Source of the DNA: Phycisphaerae bacterium | Lineage (GTDB): Bacteria; Planctomycetota; Phycisphaerae; UBA1845 | DNA: 15,622 nucleotides | Direction: 5' to 3' | NCBI GenBank assembly: GCA_029260135.1 | Contig: JAJDDV010000021.1 | Location: forward strand, 1 to 15,622 | In this document: one piece after another, positions 1 to 9,264 of the stretch | Numbering within the stretch: position 1 is the stretch's first letter | Layout of the letters: each line of letters opens with the position of its first letter | The notes under the pieces: model-generated | Database searches by the model: none | What the model saw: the letters and a program-made list of their open reading frames with translations, nothing else | What the model was told of the DNA's origin: nothing | Translations under genes and position numbers: made by a program

Positions 1-6
1 CGAAAC

Positions 7-80
7 TGGGCGATACAGGACTTGAACCTGTGACCTCCTGCGTGTCGAGCAGGCGCTCTAGCCAACTGAGCTAATCGCCC
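7..80 (-). tRNA. tRNA-Val (anticodon GAC), 74 nt, CCA not encoded
   Basis: The reverse complement folds as a canonical cloverleaf. The acceptor stem GGGCGAT/ATCGCCC is a perfect 7 bp. U8, A14, G18-G19, D-arm GCTC/GAGC, anticodon stem CCTGC/GCAGG and anticodon loop TCGACAC (anticodon GAC, A37) are present. The variable loop is AGGTC, with T-arm ACAGG/CCTGT, T-loop TTCAAGT and discriminator A. Position 33 is C, not the near-universal U. Confidence 0.8.
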
Positions 81-90
81 CGGTCACCCC

Positions 91-131
91 TATTACAGAA
101 CAAGACCGCGGGCGTGTCAACGCCCCCGGTC
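91..131 (-). terminator. Rho-independent terminator of the nfeD-flotillin operon
   Basis: On the minus strand, a GC-rich hairpin GACCGGGGGCG-ttgaca-CGCCCGCGGTC (plus coordinates 105-131) is followed by the T-rich tract TTGTTCTGTAATA (plus 91-104). It sits 65 nt downstream of the flotillin stop (196-198). Confidence 0.6.
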
Positions 132-195
132 TTCGCCCGCCCCGCTCGCGAGGCGGACGGCCATTCGACGATCGAGCCTGGACAGCACCCTCGGA

Positions 196-1524
196 TCATC
201 CTTCCACCGTCTTGGCGTGCTCGGGCTTCGTGAGATTCCCGGCAATCCCCTTGCTGAGCGCCCGAAGATCCACGCCGAGAATGCTCTCGATCGTCGCCAG
301 CGACTCCGACAGCACCCGAGCACGACCCATCGCGGCGCCCGCGATGGCTTGGCCGTTGCCACCGTCGATCACGGTCACGTCGCCAAGCTCAATGTTGTTG
401 ACACTCTTCGCGACCTCTTCCACGACGCCCGGCATCAACTCGACCAGCATGACCTTCAGCGCATCCGGGTGCTCCTGAATCGCGCTTCCGATGCACTCGA
501 TCGCCGCGGCGCGGGCCTTGCCCTCCTCGAGCACCGAGGCCGCATCGCCTTCCGCAGTTGCCTTGGCCACGTCTCGCCGTGCGTTGGCCGCCTGAACATC
601 CGTCGCATTCAGCCTGGCTTCCTCCGCCTTGGCCGCCGCCTCCTGCTGGTCCGCCTCTTTCAGCTCAGCCTCTCTGGCGAGTTCCGCCTTTCGAATACGA
701 AGTTCGTTATCCGCCACGGCGATGGCCTGTTCCGCCGTCAACCGGGCCTGCTCCGCTCGCTGGAAGGATTCCGCCTCGGCGGTCTTCGCTTCGGCATCGC
801 GCTCCGCCTTCGCCCGTCGCGCCGCAGCAGACGCCTCCGCCTCCTTGATCGCCGCCTCAGACGCCCGTTCTGCTTCCGCCTTGCGTGCCGCGGCCGTGAC
901 CTCAGCCGACGCCTTCCGCGCGATCGACTCGAGATACTGCCGTTCATCCTGCACGTTCTGAATATTCACGCTGTCGATCAGCAGCCCAAGCTTGCGGAAA
1001 TCGTCGGTAACCTCGTGCATGACGGTAGACACGAACTTGTCACGGTCCTCAACGATCTCCTCCGGCGTCATCTTCCCGATGACGGCTCGCAAACCACCCT
1101 CAAGTGTTTCTCTGGCTACACGCTGCAGCTCGCCGGAGGGTTGATCCAGAAACCGCTCGATCGCATTCGCTCGCTCCCCCGGGTCGGACGAAACCTTGAC
1201 GTTGGCAACGCCCGTAACGTTCACCGGGACCATGGTCCCGCCGCCGGCCTGCGCGTTGACTTCCAACGCAACCTGCATATTCCGCAAGCTCAAACGCGAC
1301 ACCTTCTCGAGGATCGGGATGACGAAGGTCCGCCCACCGATCAGCGTTCGATAGCCCTGACCGTCCTTCTGTCGCTTACCGCTGATGATCAGCATCTCAC
1401 TCGGATTCCCGACGACCAGCCATTTGGCGATCAGCAAACAGGCAATCACCGCGAACGCGAGAACCGAAAACCCGATCACAATTCCCGCCGAACTCTCATT
1501 TTGAGCAAGCATGTACGTATTCAT
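196..1524 (-). CDS. floT: Flotillin-like SPFH/band-7 membrane-microdomain protein (FloT/YqiK family), 442 aa
   Basis: An N-terminal TM helix (IVIGFSVLAFAVIACLLIA) is followed by an SPFH domain and a long Ala/Glu-rich coiled-coil flotillin domain (AEAERASEAAIKEAEASAAARRAKAERDAEAK...). The start is set at ATG 1522-1524 (MNTYML) because a strong SD AAGGAGGA lies 5 nt upstream. The six-frame ORF extends a further 34 codons without RBS support. Confidence 0.85.
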   Translation of the reverse strand: MNTYMLAQNESSAGIVIGFSVLAFAVIACLLIAKWLVVGNPSEMLIISGKRQKDGQGYRTLIGGRTFVIPILEKVSRLSLRNMQVALEVNAQAGGGTMVPVNVTGVANVKVSSDPGERANAIERFLDQPSGELQRVARETLEGGLRAVIGKMTPEEIVEDRDKFVSTVMHEVTDDFRKLGLLIDSVNIQNVQDERQYLESIARKASAEVTAAARKAEAERASEAAIKEAEASAAARRAKAERDAEAKTAEAESFQRAEQARLTAEQAIAVADNELRIRKAELAREAELKEADQQEAAAKAEEARLNATDVQAANARRDVAKATAEGDAASVLEEGKARAAAIECIGSAIQEHPDALKVMLVELMPGVVEEVAKSVNNIELGDVTVIDGGNGQAIAGAAMGRARVLSESLATIESILGVDLRALSKGIAGNLTKPEHAKTVEG

Positions 1525-1552
1525 CGATGTCCTCCTTCCGAACGTGTGAGTC

Positions 1553-2218
1553 TCAGCTCTTCTGGGTGAGGAACTCGAACTCCTCACCGGACACGACCTC
1601 GGCCACACCGCCGCGATAACCCACAACGGCTACCTGATCACCGGAGCCGAATACCTGGTCCGTATGTTTTGATAAGGCGGGAATATAGCGATCTCCCCGA
1701 CCGACACGCAGCGCCACTTCGCCCTTCTGAGTTGACGTCACACCCACGGTCACTCGGGCGAGCTTGTTAACGTAATCCTGTCGTGACAGTGTACTGTCAC
1801 CCGACGTACGGCGCAGTTTTCGTAGAATCTGATGAACGCCTTGACCGACGACCAGTCCACCCGCCACCGCGCAAATGAGTGTGGCCGTCTCCGTCGTACC
1901 ACTAAGATGCGTCATCGCCACACCCACCAGCCCGAACATCGCCGCAAAGAAGACGAGAAACTGCAGCGAAAGCCAGCTGGCGAGCGAGCCTGCATGAACA
2001 TGACCCGCGTCAGTGTCGGCATCAAACGACGCATCAACATCGGCATCAACACCGGCCTCCACGTCGAAGCTCGCGCCCGCGTCCAGCCCCGCGTCGGCAT
2101 CGCCGCCCGCCAGCGACGATACGATCAACAATCCGCCGCCGACAATCAGGCACACCCAGTACAGGGTCGTCAGCGCCGGCAGACTCGCCGCGAGCAGCAT
2201 CAGGGTCGATTCGCACAT
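1553..2218 (-). CDS. nfeD: NfeD-family (YqiJ/YuaF-like) membrane protein, flotillin partner, 221 aa
   Basis: It has N-terminal TM helices, an acidic D/A-rich linker, further TM helices and a C-terminal OB-fold-like segment (VTVGVTSTQKGEVALRVGRGDRYIPA...VVGYRGGVAEVV). It lies immediately upstream of the flotillin gene with a 28-nt gap, the canonical nfeD-SPFH operon arrangement. The start MCES at 2216-2218 has SD GGGAGGA 5 nt upstream. Confidence 0.75.
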   Translation of the reverse strand: MCESTLMLLAASLPALTTLYWVCLIVGGGLLIVSSLAGGDADAGLDAGASFDVEAGVDADVDASFDADTDAGHVHAGSLASWLSLQFLVFFAAMFGLVGVAMTHLSGTTETATLICAVAGGLVVGQGVHQILRKLRRTSGDSTLSRQDYVNKLARVTVGVTSTQKGEVALRVGRGDRYIPALSKHTDQVFGSGDQVAVVGYRGGVAEVVSGEEFEFLTQKS

Positions 2219-2264
2219 GACATTCCTCCCGTCGCAAGTGACGCAAGCCCTCCAGCCACTCAAG

Positions 2265-2340
2265 CTGAAAGGTCACATAAATACTACTACACGCAGGGCT
2301 GCCTGCCTATTTGAATCTCTAAGCGTCTTTATAATGCGAT
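2265..2340. promoter_or_regulatory. AT-rich island in the mannosidase-nfeD intergenic region; likely promoter region for the nfeD-floT operon
   Basis: A locally AT-rich stretch (cacataaatactactac...tatttgaatctctaagcgtctttataatgcgat) sits in an otherwise GC-rich context. The plus strand carries TTGAAT (2311-2316), a 13-nt spacer and TATAAT (2330-2335). The spacer is shorter than the sigma70 optimum and the element points away from nfeD, so the real minus-strand -35/-10 could not be assigned. Confidence 0.3.
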
Positions 2341-2506
2341 GTGAACCGATTCCAGCAACGGCAGCGAATCAGAACGCCCCACAAGGGCACTTACAACTTC
2401 CGACCGCGTGCCGAGCAAGTACATTCCGTGAAGAAGCCGTCACCCCCGATGCGAGAAGAAGAACGACCTGGCGATCGCCCGCGACACTGGAACCACCAAG
2501 TACGTC

Positions 2507-5500
2507 TTACGGACCACCGAGAGAGACATCGGTCGACAGCGCCGACGCGGGCACCCGCTGCTTTCGAATCCCTGGCCCTTCATACCACACCTCGAGCGCG
2601 TCGCCCCCCGTACGCTCGAAGAACGTCACACGAACGGAATGCCGACCGGCCTTCAATCCCGCCTCGCCGAACGCCTCGCTCTTCCCGTGCAACCCATCAT
2701 TGTCGACCACCAGATCATCGCCGATGTAGAGACGACTTCCGTCGTCGCTGGCCGTGTAGAATGTGTAAACGCCGTCACGAGGCACTTCCACAAACCCCGT
2801 GAAAACAAATCCGAAGTGCTCGTCCTTCCGACGCTCAGCCAAGGTGAAGTCACTCGTACTCCCCGTCTTCACGGCCTTGAGCGACTCGAACTCGGGCAGC
2901 TTCCTCCACTCACCCTCATAATAGCGATAGGAAAGTCCATCCACACTGCGCTCGACCTCATCAGGCCGGCGCGCCTCGGTCATCGTGAAATGGGCATGAG
3001 CAATCGCTTCATCCAGAACGCCACCCCGCAAAGCTCTCGCCGCCACTTTCATCGACCGAGCCACCCGAAACGGCTTGACGTACTTCAGCGACGCGCGCGT
3101 CGGCGATGAGCCGTCCAGCGTATAGAAAATGTCCGCCTCGCGATCGTCCGTGCCGAGCGTCACCGTCACCGGTGCGACAAACAGCCCCCCTCTCGGCCTG
3201 ATATAGGTCGCCTCGGAGTGATCGAAGTGCCGCGACGCCGCCCGCGTGTGATCATTCTCGTCCCTGGCCACCGTGACCGCCATCACCTTGATGCGCTCGT
3301 CATCCGGAAGCGTCAACGTAGTCTCACCAGGTCGCAGCTCGAAACCGTACTTGAACAGATAACAGAAGACGTACGCTTCGTTTCGATTCTCCGCGCCATC
3401 ATGCCGATGCGTCCCGACCCACGCGATCTCGTCGTGATGTACAAACCCCGGCGCCGTATTCACTCCTCGATAAATCCTTCCACCCTGAACGAGACTGTCC
3501 CATTGCCCAATCCAGCCAGAGAACCCCTGTACCGACACATCCGCCGCGCGATCGCCAATCTGAAACGTCCCGTCCATCAAATCGCCCGACGAGGCAGCCA
3601 GAACATACACCCGATCAAAATCACCTTTCGGCAGCGCCGTCGTCTGTCCACGACAAGACACCACGTTGGCGTCACCATCCCGCGTCGACCCCAGCTTGAA
3701 CGAAACATCGCCACTGACGATCACCTCGGACAAGAGCTCCGCGGGCAGCGTATGTCCCTGACCATCAAAGTCACCATCCGATCGGTTCGAGTCAAAGCTG
3801 ACGCCGTCCAGATCGAACGGTAACGCAACCGGCTTGGACATCGGCAAAGACAGACGTTCCGGCGGCGCCTCGAGCTTCACGCCAAGCGTCCGCGGCTGAT
3901 AAGGCGAGAAGTCCAGAGCCAAGCGTCCATCCGAGACCGCAACCTCTCCCCCAACCGGCAACTCCTGGCCATTCAGCTCTCGAGCGCTAACAATCGGCGC
4001 CGCCATCGTGAAGCGCACATCCCTCGCCGGCTTCCCGTGCGCTTCCTGAATGCGAACAACAACCTCGTCCGACGCTTCAGCCTTCTTGACCGCGCGAACC
4101 ACAACCCGAGCGTCATCCACCGTCAAGAGCGAAAACTGCTTGCCCAGCGAACCCCGGTGCGACGACGTCTCGAACGCCAACATCGGCTGATTCACTCGAC
4201 CCGCCTGACCGACCGCATCTCCGCTGCGCCAATCTCCACGATGACCGCTCAATCCGTAGCTGAACTGATGCCACCCCATGTCCTTCTCGATGTCGTTGGG
4301 CGTGTGGATCAATGTCAAGCGAAGCGTGGAATCGTCCGGCTTGTCCCATCCATACTTGCAGTCGGTGAAGATCGTCGCACCATAAGACCCATCCTTGTCC
4401 GTCAGATCCGCCCACTGCTGCGCCGGAACCTCGTACTTCGTCTCCGTATTGTTCCCCCGCTCGATCGCCCCGAACCCCAGGTCATAAACCGCCGTCGGGT
4501 TCGACGCCGCCAGATCGAACCTCGCCTTCAACAGCGTCTTCGGCGTTCGCCAATTCACACGATTCGACCATTCGATCCGGTCACCCGCCTCCCCACCGCT
4601 TAGGCTGATGCGTTGCTTGAACGTCGAACCCTCCGCCTCTCGCGTCACCTCGATCGTCGCGCGAACCGGTCCGCGCTCGACCACGGAAACGCTCGCAGCC
4701 CCCCCGACGTACCCGAACGGTTCCGCCATGACATCCTCATACCGCACTTCCCACTCCGACCAATAGTCCGGAGTATCACGAAGAAGCTCCAGCCGCACAG
4801 GACGCGCCAACAACTCTCGCCCCAGCGACTTGTCGAAAACACTCGCAACGTCACCCCGCTCATCCAATCGAAGACGATACCGCGCGTTCTCCAGTGCCGA
4901 CTCACTCACCGCCAGGCTCGACGGCCCCGCGTACGCCGCCTCGGCCGGCTGAATATCAAAAACCGCAAAGCCCACGGAGGGAATACGCGCGAGGAAGACA
5001 AACGCCACATCCCGCTCACCAACCGCCGTAACTTGCGACGGAACCTCACGCCCGGAACCATCCAGCACCCGAACCGACGAAGGCACCTCACCCTCATACG
5101 CCAGCCGGGCCGACACGACGTCCTCCCGCGCAAACGCCAGTGGATTGAAGACCACCAACGATCGGCCGGAACCTCTCGTGTCCAGCGCACGCGCAACCGC
5201 CCCAACCGAATCCGTCAGCACCGACGAAAACCGATTCAGCGAGATGAGTTCATCATTCCAAGAAAACGTATACGCCTGCGGAATGCTCGTACCCGTCAGA
5301 TCGTCATGAAACTGATGCCACAAAAACCTCACCCACGCCCCCTCGAGCTGATCCCGCGGATACGTCGCACCGCCAAGCCAGTCCGCCACCACCGACGCCC
5401 GCTCCGCCGCGTCGGCCAAAAGCTCGTTCTTTCGATTCCACCGCTTCATCGCCGTCTGTGACGTATAGCAGCCAGTACCATGCCGCGTCATCAACATCTC

Positions 5501-6448
5501 ACCCTTGTATCGCGGCAATCGTCGAACCTGCTCTGCCGTCAGATCACGATAGAGCTGATCCGCCCCCGCGAGGATGACACGAAGCGGCCCGTCCCCATGA
5601 ATCGCCTTGTCCAGCCACCGGACGGACTCCGCGTCCGGTGCCCCACCGATGTCACCCACGCCGAAGTACTTGTACCCCACCGAAACGCCCGTCTCCACAC
5701 CGAGCTTCTTGATCCGCTCGAGCCAAACCGAATCCCGGCTCAAGTCGTCGCGGATCCGGCTCACGTACGCGCCCGGGTTCAGCGCCGCCACCACCGACGT
5801 TCCGTCCACACCCTCCCACACACCGACGTCGAATGGAATCCCGATCGACGAACCCCACGTGAGCTTCTGCGTCGAAAACCCCTTGAGTCCGCAGTGAGCC
5901 GCTACCGATGGCAGCGCATAACCGAACCCGAAACAGTCCGGCAAGTAGATGTCCACGCTCCGTTGCCCGAATTCGCGATCGAAGAAACCGTTCCCATACA
6001 ACACCTGCCGGATCAACGACTCCGGTGACGGCACGTTGACATCACACGCATCGACCATGCTCCCGCAGACTTTCCATCGCCCCTCTTTGATGTACGCCTT
6101 CATCCGAGCGTACTCGTCCGGGTAATACTCCTTCGCCAGTTGATAGCGAAACGCCCCTTCAAAGCTGAAGATGTAATCCGCCGATTCCTCGAATCGCTCG
6201 AAGTTACCTCGAAGCGTGCTCGGGATGTACTCGTCGATCGTCTTCTGGATCGTCCATAACCACTGCGTGTCGAGATGCGCCGTACCCGTCACATAGAGCG
6301 TCGGCCGCTCGGCGATCGCCTCCGCCTCACGTCGTTGGCCGCGATCCCCACCCAGCGAAGGCGACCCCACCCAGCCACCGATGAGAAAAACGCTCAGCCC
6401 AAAAAACACCCGAATTCGCCGTCCGCGGTTATCACATGCACTCTTCAT
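2507..6448 (-). CDS. Secreted GH38 alpha-mannosidase with C-terminal Fn3/CHB_HEX_C-like and PA14 domains, about 1313 aa
   Basis: The signal peptide is MKSACDNRGRRIRVFFGLSVFLIGGWVGSPSLG. GH38 N-terminal motifs are present: the metal-binding YVTGTAHLDTQWLW and the catalytic nucleophile context YLPDCFGFGYALPS (compare MngB LPDSFGHS). A large GH38 central and C-terminal region follows. Near the C-terminus there is FYTLDGSSPTRASLKYVKPF (chitobiase/Fn3-like). A PA14 domain follows (YRYYEGEW...GFVFTGFVEVPRDGVYTFYTASDDGSRLYIGDDLVVDNDG...VRVTFFERTGGDALEVWYEGPG). The start is set at ATG 6446-6448 from the signal peptide. The open frame continues 92 codons further upstream to 6724. Confidence 0.85.
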   Translation of the reverse strand: MKSACDNRGRRIRVFFGLSVFLIGGWVGSPSLGGDRGQRREAEAIAERPTLYVTGTAHLDTQWLWTIQKTIDEYIPSTLRGNFERFEESADYIFSFEGAFRYQLAKEYYPDEYARMKAYIKEGRWKVCGSMVDACDVNVPSPESLIRQVLYGNGFFDREFGQRSVDIYLPDCFGFGYALPSVAAHCGLKGFSTQKLTWGSSIGIPFDVGVWEGVDGTSVVAALNPGAYVSRIRDDLSRDSVWLERIKKLGVETGVSVGYKYFGVGDIGGAPDAESVRWLDKAIHGDGPLRVILAGADQLYRDLTAEQVRRLPRYKGEMLMTRHGTGCYTSQTAMKRWNRKNELLADAAERASVVADWLGGATYPRDQLEGAWVRFLWHQFHDDLTGTSIPQAYTFSWNDELISLNRFSSVLTDSVGAVARALDTRGSGRSLVVFNPLAFAREDVVSARLAYEGEVPSSVRVLDGSGREVPSQVTAVGERDVAFVFLARIPSVGFAVFDIQPAEAAYAGPSSLAVSESALENARYRLRLDERGDVASVFDKSLGRELLARPVRLELLRDTPDYWSEWEVRYEDVMAEPFGYVGGAASVSVVERGPVRATIEVTREAEGSTFKQRISLSGGEAGDRIEWSNRVNWRTPKTLLKARFDLAASNPTAVYDLGFGAIERGNNTETKYEVPAQQWADLTDKDGSYGATIFTDCKYGWDKPDDSTLRLTLIHTPNDIEKDMGWHQFSYGLSGHRGDWRSGDAVGQAGRVNQPMLAFETSSHRGSLGKQFSLLTVDDARVVVRAVKKAEASDEVVVRIQEAHGKPARDVRFTMAAPIVSARELNGQELPVGGEVAVSDGRLALDFSPYQPRTLGVKLEAPPERLSLPMSKPVALPFDLDGVSFDSNRSDGDFDGQGHTLPAELLSEVIVSGDVSFKLGSTRDGDANVVSCRGQTTALPKGDFDRVYVLAASSGDLMDGTFQIGDRAADVSVQGFSGWIGQWDSLVQGGRIYRGVNTAPGFVHHDEIAWVGTHRHDGAENRNEAYVFCYLFKYGFELRPGETTLTLPDDERIKVMAVTVARDENDHTRAASRHFDHSEATYIRPRGGLFVAPVTVTLGTDDREADIFYTLDGSSPTRASLKYVKPFRVARSMKVAARALRGGVLDEAIAHAHFTMTEARRPDEVERSVDGLSYRYYEGEWRKLPEFESLKAVKTGSTSDFTLAERRKDEHFGFVFTGFVEVPRDGVYTFYTASDDGSRLYIGDDLVVDNDGLHGKSEAFGEAGLKAGRHSVRVTFFERTGGDALEVWYEGPGIRKQRVPASALSTDVSLGGP

Positions 6449-6756
6449 GGCTTCCACCCTGGCCGTTGTCCCTCCGCCGTGAGCCCGGCCGCCACCCGAC
6501 GCCCTGGATCCCTCAGCCTTCTCTCGCCCGAGTCTACGGGATTCATGCCCGTTCCGCACACTCTCGGCCCGCGACATGCCCCATCGAAAACGAGGCAGAA
6601 CGATCAACGACGGCCAATCTGTCGCCGCGACGCCGTACTTGATATGATCCAGCGCATAACGCCTACGGAACGCGCGGATCACGGAGTCAGCGGCGTCGAC
6701 AGAGTGACAACAACGCGGCCCCATCGGTCAACCTTGAACGAAACGAACGAACAAAC
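6449..6756. promoter_or_regulatory. Divergent intergenic region between the mannosidase and the ABC-transporter operon (both promoters expected here)
   Basis: A 308-bp non-coding gap lies between divergent starts. It contains a TTGATA...CATAAC-like plus-strand candidate around 6638-6665 upstream of the SBP gene. No clear operator palindrome was resolved. Confidence 0.3.
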
Positions 6757-7746
6757 ATGAAAGCCCAACCGCCCAAACGTCGGTCAGCCCCCAGGAATCG
6801 AACGACACCTGGCCAGGGCTTGGCGCTCGCATTCGTGCTGGTCTCGGTCATCCTCTCCGGCTGCAAGCGCGAAGACTCCGGCGCGAACAACGCCCCGAAC
6901 ACGCCCCAGGCTAAGACGAAACGCATCGGCGTCACGCTCCTCACCGCGCAGCACCAGTTCTATCAAGACCTCCGCGCGGGACTCGAAGAGCAGGCCGATC
7001 GCCACGGATATGAGCTCGTCGTCACCGCCGCGGAGCAGGACGCCGCCCGCCAGGCCAACCAAATCGATGAGTTCATCGTCCAAGGCGTCGACGCGATCGT
7101 CCTCTGCCCCTGCGATTCCCGAAGCGTCGGCGCCAGCATCCTCGAAGCGAACCACGCCGACATCCCCGTCTTCACAGCCGACATCGCCAGCCTATCCCCA
7201 CTCGGAACCGTCGTAGCGCACATCGCATCAGACAACAAAGAAGGCGGACGCCAAGCCGCGAACCTGCTGGTTAACGCCATCGACGGAAAAGGAAAGGTCG
7301 CCGTCCTATCCCACCCGAGCGTCGCCAGCGTGATGGACCGCGTCGACGGGTTCAAGCAAGCCATGACCTCGTACCCCGACATCAACATCGTCGCGGAACT
7401 CTCCACAGAAGGAAAACGAGACCGCGCCGTCAAGGTGATGGAAGACCTGCTCCAGTCCGATCCCGACCTCGTCGGCGTCTTCGCCATCAATGACGACACC
7501 GCGCTGGGCGCGCTCGCCGCCATCGAAGCCGCTGGAAAACTCGATCAGGTCAAAATCGTCGGTTACGACGCCACACCCGAGGCGCGCGTGAAGATCAAAT
7601 CCGGCGCGATCTACGGCGATGTCATTCAACACCCCCGCCGCATCGGCCAACTGACCATCAACGCCATTCACGATCACTTCAGCGGCAAACCGGTACCCGC
7701 CGTCGTGCCGGTCGAAGTCGGAACCTTCACACAAGAGTCGGGTTGA
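6757..7746 (+). CDS. RbsB-like periplasmic monosaccharide-binding lipoprotein (ABC transporter substrate-binding protein, cluster B), 329 aa
   Basis: It has a lipoprotein signal with lipobox LSGC. There is strong motif similarity to E. coli RbsB (HIASDN, NDxxALGAL..AGK, VGYD.TPE). The ATG at 6757 is followed by the operon partners. Confidence 0.85.
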   Translation: MKAQPPKRRSAPRNRTTPGQGLALAFVLVSVILSGCKREDSGANNAPNTPQAKTKRIGVTLLTAQHQFYQDLRAGLEEQADRHGYELVVTAAEQDAARQANQIDEFIVQGVDAIVLCPCDSRSVGASILEANHADIPVFTADIASLSPLGTVVAHIASDNKEGGRQAANLLVNAIDGKGKVAVLSHPSVASVMDRVDGFKQAMTSYPDINIVAELSTEGKRDRAVKVMEDLLQSDPDLVGVFAINDDTALGALAAIEAAGKLDQVKIVGYDATPEARVKIKSGAIYGDVIQHPRRIGQLTINAIHDHFSGKPVPAVVPVEVGTFTQESG

Positions 7747-7749
7747 CCG

Positions 7750-9264
7750 ATGACCGCCGCACCGCTTCGACTGCAATGCTCGGGCATGTGTAAGTCCTAC
7801 CCCGGTGTCCTTGCGCTCGACGGCGTGAACCTTGACCTCGCCGCCGGCACCGTCCACGCGCTGGTCGGAGAAAACGGCGCCGGCAAGAGCACGCTCGTCA
7901 AGCTCCTCTCCGGTGCCGCCCCCCCCGATGCAGGCTCCGTCGAAATCGATGGAGAAAACGTCTCGATCAGAAACGCTCGACATGCACAGCAGCTCGGCAT
8001 CGCCGTGGTCTACCAGGAATTCAACCTCGCCCCAGATCTATCCGTCAGCGAGAACATCTTCCTCGGTCGTTGGCCAAGCGCACCCCGCCGCCCCTGGATC
8101 GACTTCCCCAAGCTGCACGACCAAACCGCCGCGCTACTGGCCACCCTCGGCATTAGACTCTCCGTTCGACAACCCGTCAGCACACTGTCGGTGGCCCAGC
8201 AGCAGATGGTCGAAATCGCCAAAGCCCTCTCACTCGACGCCAAGATCCTGATCCTCGACGAACCCTCCGCCGTCCTCACGCCCCATGAACTCGACACGCT
8301 CTTTGAACTCGTCAAAGACCTCAAAAACAGAGGCGTCGGCGTCATCTACATTTCCCATCGACTCGATGAAATCTTCCGAATCGCCGACGACGTCACCGTC
8401 CTCCGCGATGGCCGAAACGTCTCCACACGCACGATCCAAACGGTAGAGCGAGACCGCCTGATTACCGAAATGGTAGGCCGCGAACTCAAAAACGAGTTCC
8501 CCCCACGATGTTGCACCATAGGCGACGTCCTTCTGCGATTCGAAAACTTGACCGCTCGCAACCGCTTCAACGACGTCACCCTCGACGTCCGCGCCGGTGA
8601 AGTGCTCGCCCTCACCGGACTCGTCGGGTCCGGGCGAACGTCCGTCGCCCAGACCGCTTTCGGTGCGGTCCGCGCCGACGAAGGCACCGTATCATTGGCA
8701 GGGCGGCACCGGCGATTCACGACACCGCGACAAGCCATCGCTGAAGGAGTCGCCATGCTGCCCGAGGACCGCAGACGCGAAGGCCTTCTCCTCGAACGAT
8801 CCATTCGAGAAAACATCACCCTCGCCGACCCGGGCGCCTCCGCAACATGGGGGTTTCTCTCCCACCGCCGCGAACGCAACCTGACCCGCCGCCTCATGAA
8901 CGACCTGCAAATCAAAGCACTCTCGCCCGACACGCAAGTCGCCACGCTCAGCGGCGGAAACCAACAGAAAGTCCTGCTGGCAAGATGGATGGCCCGCTCC
9001 CACCGCGCGATGATCCTCGACGAACCGACACGCGGCGTCGACGTCGGCGCCAAATACGAAATCTACACGCTCATCAACCGCCTGGCCGCTGAAGGCGTAG
9101 CCTTATTGCTGATCTCGTCGGAACTCCCCGAAGTCATTGGAATGGCCGACCGAATCGGCGTCATGCACGAAGGACGATTGATGGATATTCTGGATAACCC
9201 AGCGCGAGCGACCACGCAGGAGCAGATCATGCGCCTCGCCGCCGGAGAAATCGACACGCGATGA
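7750..9264 (+). CDS. Sugar ABC transporter ATP-binding protein with duplicated nucleotide-binding domains (RbsA/XylG family), 504 aa
   Basis: Two Walker A motifs (GENGAGKST, GLVGSGRT), two signature motifs (LSVAQQQMVEIAKAL, LSGGNQQKVLLARWM) and Walker B motifs (LILDEPS, MILDEPT) are present. The start is 3 nt after the SBP stop. Confidence 0.9.
   Translation: MTAAPLRLQCSGMCKSYPGVLALDGVNLDLAAGTVHALVGENGAGKSTLVKLLSGAAPPDAGSVEIDGENVSIRNARHAQQLGIAVVYQEFNLAPDLSVSENIFLGRWPSAPRRPWIDFPKLHDQTAALLATLGIRLSVRQPVSTLSVAQQQMVEIAKALSLDAKILILDEPSAVLTPHELDTLFELVKDLKNRGVGVIYISHRLDEIFRIADDVTVLRDGRNVSTRTIQTVERDRLITEMVGRELKNEFPPRCCTIGDVLLRFENLTARNRFNDVTLDVRAGEVLALTGLVGSGRTSVAQTAFGAVRADEGTVSLAGRHRRFTTPRQAIAEGVAMLPEDRRREGLLLERSIRENITLADPGASATWGFLSHRRERNLTRRLMNDLQIKALSPDTQVATLSGGNQQKVLLARWMARSHRAMILDEPTRGVDVGAKYEIYTLINRLAAEGVALLLISSELPEVIGMADRIGVMHEGRLMDILDNPARATTQEQIMRLAAGEIDTR

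Noticed and set aside
217-1569. A 450-aa plus-strand ORF lies antisense to the flotillin gene, together with other Arg-rich ORFs (558-848, 629-961, 738-947).
   Set aside because: It has the Arg/Leu/Pro-rich composition typical of wrong-frame translation of high-GC DNA. The opposite-strand flotillin gene has clear domain structure and an RBS.
6449-6724. The mannosidase ORF has a 92-codon N-terminal extension (MGPRCCHSVD...) running upstream of the signal-peptide Met.
   Set aside because: The extension has no RBS and an Arg/Gly-rich low-complexity composition. It would bury the signal peptide internally and consume the divergent promoter region. The ATG at 6446-6448 followed by a classic signal peptide is the better start. 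An alternative internal Met (MSRAESV) was also considered and rejected for the same reason.
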